The position numbers and the translations under genes are program-made. Below are positions 26,969 to 38,120 of a DNA stretch of 64,000 nt, one piece after another. This DNA is from Azolla caroliniana (taxonomy: Eukaryota; Plantae; Polypodiophyta), in contig JBHGNT010000007.1 in the NCBI GenBank assembly GCA_043228905.1, positions 11,966,001 to 12,030,000 of the forward strand, given 5' to 3'. Under the pieces are notes generated by a model. The model made no database searches, was not told the DNA's origin, and worked only from the letters and a program-made list of their open reading frames with translations. Position 1 is the stretch's first letter. Every line of letters begins with the position of its first letter.

Positions 26969-27746
26969 TGACGGGAACTCAAGGATCCTTATGTCCAATG
27001 CTCGGCCACAACCGAGATTCTTTTCATACACAGAAAATGGGAAACAAATGCACGACACAAAGGAGAGAAAAAGGTAGACAGGATGTTTACGTGGAAAACC
27101 CCAAACTAGGGGAAAAACCACGGCAGCCCACGGGCTGCAAATTGTCACTATGTAAGAATATACAATAGTGAGTTCACTGAGGCACCGACCTCGTGCTCAC
27201 AGATCTTCGCCACAGGCGGCAGTTACAACAGAGGTAACAACCTCTTTCTCTCTCTCTCTCTGTACACAGTTACGTGCTCTCTCTATATTCTTGCACCAAC
27301 AAGAATGACAACAACAACTAAAGTTTGCCCTAAGTCATATTTATACTAATATGACTTTTCGGCTATTTACAAATATAGCCTCAGTGGACTATCAGAAAAC
27401 ATATTTACGAATATGTCTCTTCATCCAGTTCTCCGTAGCCGGGTACTCCTCGTCCGGTTCATACCGGGTCTGCACCATCCGGTTCTCCGTAGCCGGGTAC
27501 TCCTCATCCGGTTCATACCGGGTCTGCACCATCCGGCTCTCCGTAGCCGGGTCCTCCTCATCCGGTTTCGTACCGGGTCTGCACCATCCGGCTCTCCGTA
27601 GCCGGGTCCTCCTCATACGGTTTCGTACCGGGTCTGCACCATCCGGCTCTCCGTAGTCGGGTCCTCCTCATACGGTTTCGAGAGGGACCTGTCTCCCTTG
27701 GCACTGTTCTTCTCCCTTCCCATCTGGAGGGACCTGTCTCCCAACA
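26969..27746 (-). mobile_element. Solo LTR (family of LTR 61489-62180)
   Basis: TG...CA with perfect TSD GGTAC, interrupting the host gag. Minus-strand start TGTTGGGAGACAGGTCCCT matches 61489. Confidence 0.88.
27424..27680. repeat. 54-bp tandem repeat (about 4.7 copies) in the solo LTR
   Basis: Unit TCCGGTTCTCCGTAGCCGGGTACTCCTCATCCGGTTCATACCGGGTCTGCACCA. Confidence 0.9.
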
Positions 27747-30700
27747 GGTACATTCGAGAAGCCGAGACGCCGAAGGAAGCGTGGGAGAATCTACAAAAGA
27801 TTTTTGCCGCCAACACTACCGCGAGAAACCTTCAACTCCGCCAAGAGTTGAACAACATCTAACAAAGGGATATGTCCATCACAAGCTACACCTTGAAGAT
27901 CAAGGAGCTTTGCGACTCGCTTGGCTCGATAAGCGTCAATGTGGATGATGATGAGATGGTGCAAATATGTCTCGGCGGCCTTGCACCACGATTCGGTGCG
28001 ATGCAGATTGCCGTACTAGCACGGGAGAATCCACCCTCCTTTTTCGATCTTCAATCTATGTTGTTGGTCGAAGAAAACCATGTTCGAACGAGGAGCAACA
28101 CCTCGGAAGGCCACATGCTCTACACACATTCGAACGGAGGAAGAGGACGCGGTCGTGCAAGAAGAGGGCGATTTGGCCAAGGACGAGGCGGACGAGGCCT
28201 GACTTATGAAAACAACTCACAATTTCGGCATCAAGACAGAAGCCATCAAGGAACCTTCGGAAGAAGGGGGAGCTTCCATTCCAGTCCGAACCGACAAAGC
28301 TCGGTCAAATGTAGATATTGTAGAAAAATCGGTCACCACGAAGAAGAATGTCATAAGAAGATACACGAGTTGGCTTCCACTAGCCGACAACTCACCAACT
28401 ACGCCATCAACTCCGTCTATGATGATCGCGGTGGAATGTTCGTGATGAGACATAGAGCGAATTCTATGTCAGCATCTACTTCTACTATTGCCTCTGGTCC
28501 AGAAGACGTATGGTTCGTCAATTCTGGTGCCTCGAACCATATGACGTCGCATCAAGAATGGTTTTGAGAACTTCAAGAGTCGGACCGACCCGGCTATGTC
28601 GAAACCGGAGACGACACTACGCACCTGATTTGGCACATTGGCAATGTTCCGTTGGGAGAAGAGGGTAAGCAAACTTATATTAAAAATGTCTTGCATGTAC
28701 CATCTATCACAAAGAATTTGGTCTCCCTCGGCCAAATTGTAGAGCAAGGAATGCAAGTTCGATTTAATAAAGGCGGTTGCTTCATCGAAAAAGAGGGCCG
28801 ACTCATCGCGCACGGACGGAGAGAGGGCCGAATGTTCATTCTCGACTCGCATGAGATAAAATCGGCCATGTTCGCAAAAGGCATGAAAGTCGATTCCAAC
28901 ATCGAGTTATGGCACAAGCGGATTGGCCATATCAACCTCCAAAAGCTCAAGGCAATGCAATTGAAAGGAGTCGTCATTGGGCTCCCGACATTCACGGAGA
29001 ACGAGATTGAAGCCGTGTGTGCCGCTTTCCAATTCGGCAAGCAACATCGGCACCCATTTCCGAAGGAGCGGAACGTGAGCAAAGGCATACTCGGCGTAAG
29101 TCATTCCGATGTATGGGGTCCGGCCCAGACGGCTACATTCGGCGGATGCCGATACTACGTGGCCTTCATTGACGACTTCTCCAGGCACACTTGGATCTAC
29201 CCCATGCGACAAAAGAGTGAAGTGTTCGGACACTTCCAAAAATTTAAGAATGAAGTCAAGAAAGCCACAGGCTGACATGTACGATGTCTTCGATCAGATG
29301 GAGGCAAGGAATATTTCTCGGATGAGTTTACTGCGTATCTCTGAAAGGAAGGAATCCGGCGAGAATTTTCATGTCGACATACGCCACAACAGAACGGAAT
29401 AGCCAAACGCAAGAATCGACACATCCTTAAAGTGGCACGAGCTATGCTTAACGAAAAGCACATGCCGAAATCGTATTGGGCGGAAGCGGCCAACATGGCC
29501 GTATACCTCATGAATCGGTGTACGATATCCGGTGTGCACGAACTTACTCCGCACAAGAAGTTTTTCGGAAAGAAGCCGATCACATGTTCGGATATTCGGC
29601 TCCATTGCGTACGTGCACATCCCCAACGAGAAGCGTCAAAAGCTTGACCCGAAGTCGGAGAAATGTATCCTCGTAGGATACTCATTGGAGCCAAAGGGGA
29701 ACAAGTGCTACAACCCCTCAACTCGAAAATCTCGAGTAAGTCGAGACGTCGTTTTCGACAAGTCTGCATCCTGGTACACACCAAAGACAACTTCAACTTT
29801 GATTCCGCTCGACTCGGATTCCGCCGAAATAGAGATAGAAGATGAAGATCGACTCACGTGCATGTTCAAAGAAAGCCCAATTATGACAAGGCTTAGAGGG
29901 CCACAAGAGCCCCCGAGCAATCAAAGCACATCTCGGCCAAGTCCAAAGATGGACAAAGGGAAGGTGAAAATGCTGGAGTATGAAGACGATCACTTCGACG
30001 GCAACGAATCGACTCACTCCCTCGATAGTGACTTCGAAGGCCTTGAGATCCGGACAAATGGAGCGGAGAAAGCCATATTGTCCTCAAACGAGAAGCGCCG
30101 CCGATCCGCCCGTGAAAAGAACCCCGTAAGCCGATTTGGCTACAACAATTATATGGCGTACCATTACGCCTTTATGATGAAGGTAGCAACAGTACGAGAG
30201 CCGGAAACCTTTTCCGAAGCCGCGAAGGACCCACGATGGATCGAAGCGATGAATGAGGAGATGCAAGCACTCTCCAAGAACGAGACATGGGATCTCGTTC
30301 CCCACTCACCGCACAAGAAGGCAATTGGCTGCAGATGGATCTACAAGGTGAAGTATAATGCCGGCAGCTCCGTAAACTGTTATAAAGCTTGACTCGTAGC
30401 GAAAGGATACGCACAAACACAAGGAGTTGAATATGAAGAGACCTGGTGGAAAAGATGACGACGGTGCGGACCGTGATCGCACTTGCAGCGGCAAAAGTGT
30501 GGCACCTCCACCAAATGGACGTCAAGAATGCCTTTCTTCAAAGCAAATTAGACGAGGAGGTGTACATGGTACAACCACCCAGCTTCGAATCGCACATTCA
30601 TCCAAAAGCTGTATGCCAACTCAAGAAGCCTCTCTACGGCCTCAAGCAAGCACCGCGTGCTTGGCATTCGAAGATTACACAATATCTTCATCAAATCGGC

Positions 30701-31122
30701 TTTCAAATGTCGAAATCCGACAACTCCCTCTGTCAGGAACAGTACTAAGACAGAGAAGGAATTAGTACTAAAAGAAGTATTAGTACTAAGAGAGGTGAAC
30801 AACTCTCGAGAGAAGGAAAGAGTGAATGAGAGGGAGGGAGGGAGAGAGAGAGAGAGAGAGAGAGACATGATAAGAAAAGATATATATATATTATGTGAAG
30901 AGAATGTATAGTAGTAGCTAGGAGGCTTAAGACTGGCGTTGAACCGATTTGGTTCGAAATAATGCCTTGTGCCTCCTTTTATAGTGTTCTAAGGAATACT
31001 CTTGAAGTTTCTAGAATGTTCTAGAGAAATCTGGAATATACATCAATTTTTCTATAATAAAAAATGAAAATAACATTTCTGTATAGTCTAATGGTCAAGA
31101 GCTCGACCCATGTAGCATAAGG

Positions 31123-32558
31123 TCATGGGTTCGAGTTTTGCCATATCATGACACTATCCCCCCCTTTAAAACAACGAGTGTTACGAGTCGTTTTGGATTG
31201 AGGACCCGGTTTGTCTGGATATTGACGATGGAAGTCTTCAAGAAGAGCATGATCATTGGTCACATTCTCTATTAGTTCCCAAGTACGCTCGTTGGGACTA
31301 TATCCTAGCCAATCGACTAGATAGTAGAGCTTGTTGCGAACAATCTTGGAATCAAGGATGGCGGCAACCTCGTACTCAGGTCCATCTTCAAGCTCGATCG
31401 GGGGTGGAAGCTGTGTAATACATCCTGGGATGGTGCTCTCTTGATAGGGTTCGAAGAGAGAACTATGAAACACCGGATGGATCCGAAGTTGCGGAGGTAG
31501 ATCGAGACGAAAAGTGACATCATTAATCTTTCCTATAATACGGAAAGGACCTAATCGCTGATAATCCAACTTCTCGCATGGGTGAGTAGTCTTGATGTGT
31601 CATCGTAGTAGTCATACCCGATCTCCAATGTTAAAACTGGATGGGAGTTGATGGTGATCCGCATAAACCTTGTGTGTTTGTTGAGCTTGTTGGAGATGAG
31701 TAGATAAATCGGCTTGTATCTTGCGTAACCGCTCTAAACGATCCTCTGCTCAAGGATTTGTGGACAACTTTAGGGTTTCAAAGACACACCACCGGGGTGA
31801 GAACCCGTATAAGCATATAAAATGGCGTAACTTTAGTCGATGCGTGGACAGAGTTATTGTAGGCAAATTCGGAAAAGTGGAGAATATCTACCTAGTCATC
31901 CTGATGATAACTTAGAAAGCACGAAGATACTGCTCCAGTGTTTGATTTGTTCGTTCTGCTTGGCCATCCGTTTATGGGTGGTAGCCAGAAGAGAGGTTAC
32001 ACGTGACCTTCAGCATTTTAAAAAGGTGCTTCCAGAATTTCGATACGAACTGGGCTCCACGATCGCTGATGATACTATCGGGAAGGCCATGATGCCGACA
32101 TACTTCACACATGACAATTTTAGCGGTTTCTTCACTGGATATCTCCTTAGTACATGGCAAGAAATGAACCATCTTCGTATATCGATCTATGACTGTTAGA
32201 ATCGCTTTGAACCCCTTAGAGACTGGAAGATCTGTGATAAAGTCTAGAGCAATGGATTGCCACAGCTTGATTGGAATTGGTAATGGTTCTAATAAACCAT
32301 ATGGATGATGCCTTGGCATTTTCGCTCTGCAACATGTATCACAAGTCTCAACAAAATCTTCGATAAATTGTTGCATACGGGGCCACTAAAATGACCGTTG
32401 TACTAAATCTAATGTTTTAGTACTACCAAAATGCCCAACTGTATATATGTCATGACAGTTTTGGACTACTCGAAGGCGGCAAGAACCATTAGGAACATAC
32501 AAGAGTTCATTAAAGAATAGTAATCCATCATGGTATTTGAATTGCCGATAGTCCGTAC
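31123..32558 (-). pseudogene. Chromovirus integrase, GPY/F motif and chromodomain
   Basis: CDTCCRAK, WQSIALDFITDLP, RLGPFRI and EYEVAAILDSK..YYLVDWLGY..ERTWE. Interrupted by stops. Confidence 0.9.
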
Positions 32559-32648
32559 TGTTGAGAAGCAAGCTCAACATGGTATGCGATGCTTATTGGG
32601 AAATAAGCTATAGTAGTTATTTAGCTACTTGTGAACATAAAGGAGAAA

Positions 32649-32810
32649 CAGCTAATTAGCTACTGACAGCTAATTAGCTACTGACAGCTATTTAGCGACT
32701 GACAGCTAATTAGCTACTGACAGCTATTTAGCGACTGACAGCTAATTAGCTACTGACAGCTATTTAGCGACTGACAGCTAATTAGCTACAGGCAGCTAAT
32801 TAGCTGCATA
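32649..32810. repeat. 18-bp palindromic minisatellite in the LTR (9 units in 5' LTR, 5 in 3' LTR)
   Basis: Units CAGCTAATTAGCTACTGA and CAGCTATTTAGCGACTGA. Confidence 0.92.
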
Positions 32811-33262
32811 CGTAAGTAACTTATTACTTAGGTAGAAAGTAAGAGAGTAAGAAAAAAGGAGAGAAGGAGATATACAGGAAGTAGAACTCTGTGAGAGAGA
32901 TAGAGTATAGTGAGAAAGAACTCAGAGAGTGAGAGCAAGAGAGAGAAACAAACGAGAGCAAGTAGAGCTCTGCGCATAATAAAATAGAAGAAGTTTTTGG
33001 CTGCTACAGAGGTAAGTCTCCTTCCCCCTTCCCTTCTGTGTTTGAGCAATAAACGATCTAGCACACCACGATCCGCCGCGCACATAAGAAGAGCTCGAGT
33101 GCCTTCTTCACGTTTTCTTAACATGGTATCAGAGCAGAGTTGCTCATAAAGAAGAGTACAAAAGTGCATAGATCTGAGAAAGGTATTTCTCTGTTTGCTG
33201 ATCTGAATCAGAAAGTTACTTGTTGAAGTAATTGTAACAGAAAACCTAGGTTGGAAGAGATA

Positions 33263-36200
33263 ATGGCTGCAGAGAATGCGGGCCAAATAGTTACAGAGAA
33301 ACTAGATAAAAACAATTTCCCGGCGTGGAAATTTAGAATGACAAATTTCCTAATGGGGAAAGGATACTGGGATTACATTGAAGGAGACCTAGAAGAGGCT
33401 CCGGAGATCCCAGAAGAAAATGCCACAGCAGCACAGATTAAAGCATTCAAAGATTGGAATCAAGGGGCAAGGAAGGTAATGCATTGGCTCTCACTTAGCA
33501 TCTCAGATTCGATGCTTGGGCACATACAGGATGCTATGCTCCCAAAAGAAGCTTGGGACAGTTTGGTAAAACTGTTTGCAGTAAACACAAAAGCTAGAAA
33601 GCTACAGTTGAAGACTGAGCTAAATACCTTAGAAAAAGGTAAGATGTCAATAAATGAGTATGCCTTGAAAATAAAGAGCATATGTGAATCACTTGCTTCT
33701 ATCAATGTAAAGATAGAAGATGATGATAAGGTAGAAATATGCTTGAGAGGCTTGGGACCCCAATACAAAAGCTTTAAAACCTCTATGCTTACAAGGGATA
33801 GTATCCCAAGTTTCTCAGATCTGATTTCAATGCTTGTAGTAGAAGAAAGGAATCAGATGGATGATGTAAATAAAGGAAATCTTGAGAATGAGGGGCAAGC
33901 CCTATATAATAGTGCTGGAAGAGGCCGAGGAAGAGGCCATGGAAGATTTGGCTCAGCAAGAACCCACAATAATGGTTATCAAGGAAGAGGACAACAAACC
34001 ATTAGAGGAAGAAACAACAACAGAGGCAGGGGGAGCAACCAAGGTAGAGGTAAGCAAACATATGTAAATGATGATGGCTGTTGGTATTGTGGAAAACCAG
34101 GCCACACACAGGCTGAATGTTACAAGAAGCAAAATGATGAGCAAAGAGGAAAGAGACAGCAGAATAACTATGCCCAAACTAGTGAAGATTGTGAAAAAGA
34201 TGGTGCATTTGTGGTACAACATGAGATAGCAGCAGTGGCTGAAAGCTCACAGAAATGTAATGAAGAGTTTACATGGTATGTAGACTCGGGGGCATCTAAT
34301 CATATGACTGGACATGCAAACTGGTTTGAAAGGTTGAGAGAACCAGAGATTCCTGGCTATGTACAGACGGGTGATAATAGTACTCACCAAATAGAACATG
34401 TTGGAGATATTCCATTGTGGGAAGTAAAAGGAAAGACTAAGTATATGTTGAATGTAATGCATGTTCCAAATCTTGCTAAGAATCTGATTTCTGTTGGATA
34501 GATAGTAGAGCAAGGTATGCAAGTAAAGTTTAAGCAAAGTGGATGCTATATAGAAAAGAATGGGAAGCTCATTGCAAAAGGAAAACGACAAGGAAGAATG
34601 TTTATTTTGGATGTTGACATGCCTAGACAGATTTCAGCTATGTTTGCAAATGGAATGAGTGTAGTCTCAGATGTGGAAATGTGGCATAAAAGGATTGGCC
34701 ACATAAGTATGCAAACCCTAAAGAATATGTTGAGAAAAGATGCAGTGGCTGGACTGCCAAAACTGAAAAATTGTGAAATGGGAAAGATATGTGAAGCATG
34801 TCAATATGGAAAGCAAAATAGGTTGCCATTCCCTCATGAAAGACATGTAAGTAAAAATTTGTTGGATTTGGTACATACGGATGTATGGGGACCAACTAAG
34901 AATGCATCTATCGGTGGCTGCAGATTTTATGTAACTTTTATTGATGATTGCTCAAGGAAAACATGGGTGTACTTCATGAAAGAAAAAAGTGAAGTGTTTG
35001 AATGTTTTCGTAAGTTTAAATGCATGGTAGAAAAGCAGGCAGGTACAAGAATAAAATGTTTAAGATCTGATGGAGGAGGAGAGTATTTCTCCAATGAATT
35101 TTCTGATTTTCTATGCAATCAGGGAATAAGAAGACAGTTCACATGTAGATATACTCCACAACAAAATGGAGTTGCTGAGAGGAAAAACAGAACATTGGTG
35201 AACATTGCAAGGGCTTTGATGACAGAGAAGAATATGCCATTGTACTATTGGGCAGAAGCTGTAAATACAGCAAATTATATTCTAAATAGATGTATAACAT
35301 CGGGAGTACATGAAACAACTCCTGAAGAGTGTTTCTACGGAAGGAAACCTAGTATAGAACACTTAAAAGTGTTTGGATGCCTTGCATATGTACATGTGCC
35401 TGCAGAAGTAAGAAGTAAGTTGGATCCAAAGGCAGAAAAATGTATTTTTGTTGGCTATTCAGAAGAACAAAAAGGGTATAGATGCTATAACCCTGTAACA
35501 AAGAAGATTGTGACAAGTAGGGATGTAATCTTTGATGAGTTAGCCAGCTGGTATAGTCCAAAACAGAATCCAGAGACTGATGAAGACAATGAGATTGAAG
35601 ACAAAGACAAATCTGAAAATGTAGAAGACTGCCACAGAGATGGAAGCAAGGTTGGACAGCAAAGTCCAACATCAACAGAATGTTCTGGACCATCAAAAAG
35701 CTCAGATGGTAAATCTGATTCAAATTCTTGGAGTGGAAAAAGTGGACACAAAAAATGTGATGATAAAAAAGGAAAACAGAAAATGCCAGAGTATGAAATG
35801 TTGGATGACTTGTCTAAAAACATGGAAGATGAGGATTCAGATGTGTCATTGGATGATCTTCTTGGTATAAGAGGATTGAAAATCCCTGGTATGGAAAAAG
35901 CATTGAAGGATGCAAATCAGAAACTGAGAAGATCAGATAGAGAGAAAAAAACTGTTGAAAGATTTGGTTATGATACATACATGGCTATGCATTATGCATA
36001 CATGTCTAAGGTGGTACAGATCCCTGATCCAAGTAGTTTTGATGAGGCTAAAACTGAGAAGAAATGGGTGGACGCAATGCAAGAAGAGATTGATGCATTG
36101 GCTGAAAACAAAACATGGGATTTGGTGAAGTTACCAAAAGGAAAAAATGTGGTAGGTTGCAAATGGGTCTACAAGACAAAGCATGATTCCAGTGGGAATG

Positions 36201-37609
36201 TAAGTAGACATAAAGCAAGATTGGTTGCAAAGGGATATGCCCAAATGCAAGGAATTGATTATGATGAGACATTTGCACCGGTTGCAAAGATGGCAACATT
36301 GAGGACATTACTGGCTGTAGGTGCAGCCAGAAGATGGTTTCTTCATCATATGGATGTAAAAAATGCCTTTTTACATGGTAACTTGGAAGAAGAAGTGTAT
36401 ATGTGTCAACCACCAGGTTTTGAAGATAGGAAGCATCCAGATTATGTATGTAAGCTGAAAAAGGCTCTCTATGGACTGAAACAGGCACCAAGAACATGGC
36501 ACAGGGAACTTTCAGATTATCTGAAAAAACTTGACTTCAAAATGTCAAAGGCTGATTCATCATTGTATGTTAAAAGGAAAGATGATTGTATGGTTGTGAT
36601 TCTGATTTATGTTGATGATCTCATCATTGGAGGTGATTTCATGGATGAGATAAGTAAGCTGAAAAGAAATTTGGAAATGAAATTTCATATGAAAGATTTG
36701 GGAGATCTGAGATATTTTTTGGGTATTGAAATCATCAGATCTGAAAGTGGTATATGTGTGTTGCAAAGACAATATGCAACAACTATGTTGAAAAAGTATG
36801 GTATGCTTGAATGCAAACCTATTGGAGTACCACTAGATAAAAACTGCAAATTGAGGGCTGATTTGGGAGCCAAAATAGAAGATGTAAACATGTACAGGTC
36901 TATGGTGGGCAGCCTTATTTATTTGACCATAACAAGACCTGATTTGAGTTATGCAGTTGGATTAGTTAGCCAATTTATGCAACAGCCAACAAAGCCGCAT
37001 TTGGACTGCATTAGAAGAATTCTGAGGTATGTAAAAGCTACTCAGAACTATGGATTGTTTTACAGGGCTGATTTGGACATAAATCTGGAAGGATATACAG
37101 ATGCTGATTGGGCTGGAAGCCAAACAGATAGAAGATCCACAAGTGGATATATCTTTACATTGGGAAGTGCAGGTATTTCATGGAGTAGCAAGAAACAGGC
37201 TACTGTTGCATTGTCTAGTACTGAAGCTGAGTACAGAGGAGCTGCCATAGCCACTTGTGAAGAGGTATGGATTAAAAGATTGCTTGTTGATTTGGGAGAG
37301 TATATAGATGGTATTGTCACAATCTGGTGTGACAACATGAGCAGCATTCAGCTTGCAAAGAACCCAGTGTTCCATGCAAGAACAAAGCACATTGAAGTGC
37401 ATTATCACTTTGTTAGAGAAAAAGTGATTGAAGGAGAAGTTGATCTGGTGTATGTGAATACAAATCAGCAGGTTGCTGATATTCTCACAAAGGGATTGAG
37501 TGTGGAAAAGCATACACAGTTTCGGAACATGATGGGAGTTGTAGACATTGATATGATGGCTGAAAAGCATCATGAAAAAGAAGCTGTAGATAACCCCAAG
37601 AAAGGATAA
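33263..37609 (+). pseudogene. Copia gag-pol polyprotein with a single in-frame TAG at 34499-34501
   Basis: ORFs 33251-34501 and 34517-37609 are in the same frame. All domains look intact (CCHC, DSGAS, HHCC, DDE, YVDD, RNase H). Related copies have Q at the stop position. Confidence 0.93.
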
Positions 37610-38120
37610 GTTGAGCTTGAGGGGGAGTGTTGAGAAGCAAGCTCAACATGGTATGCGATGCTTATTGGGAAATAAGCTATAGTAGTTATTTAGCTACTTG
37701 TGAACATAAAGGAGAAACAGCTAATTAGCTACTGACAGCTAATTAGCTACTGACAGCTATTTAGCGACTGACAGCTAATTAGCTACAGGCAGCTAATTAG
37801 CTGCATACGTAAGTAACTTATTACTTAGGTAGAAAGTAAGAGAGTAAGAAAAAAGGAGAGAAGGAGATATACAGGAAGTAGAACTCTGTGAGAGAGATAG
37901 AGTATAGTGAGAAAGAACTCAGAGAGTGAGAGCAAGAGAGAGAAACAAACGAGAGCAAGTAGAGCTCTGCGCATAATAAAATAGAAGAAGTTTTTGGCTG
38001 CTACAGAGGTAAGTCTCCTTCCCCCTTCCCTTCTGTGTTTGAGCAATAAACGATCTAGCACACCACGATCCGCCGCGCACATAAGAAGAGCTCGAGTGCC
38101 TTCTTCACGTTTTCTTAACA

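Larger units (their letters stand above)
20281..30730 (+). mobile_element. Copia family A host element with three nested insertions
   Basis: 5' LTR 20281-20731, PBS TGGTATCAAAGC at 20732-20743, gag from 20899. It resumes at 26931 and 27752, and PR-IN-RT runs to 30730. RT resumes for a few bases after TSD 41976-41980. Confidence 0.9.
32559..38120 (+). mobile_element. Very young full-length Copia (family C)
   Basis: LTRs 32559-33123 and 37628-38120 look identical except for four 18-bp units. PBS TGGTATCAGAGC at 33124-33135, PPT before 37628, TSD CGTAC/CATAC. Confidence 0.96.

Noticed and set aside
31084-31153. Functional tRNA gene
   Set aside because: Acceptor and anticodon stems do not form properly, so it is kept only as a tRNA-like motif.
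34499-34501. Programmed stop-codon readthrough in Copia C
   Set aside because: The stop lies after the protease rather than at a gag/pol boundary, and homologous copies in the window encode Gln here, so a C>T mutation is simpler.
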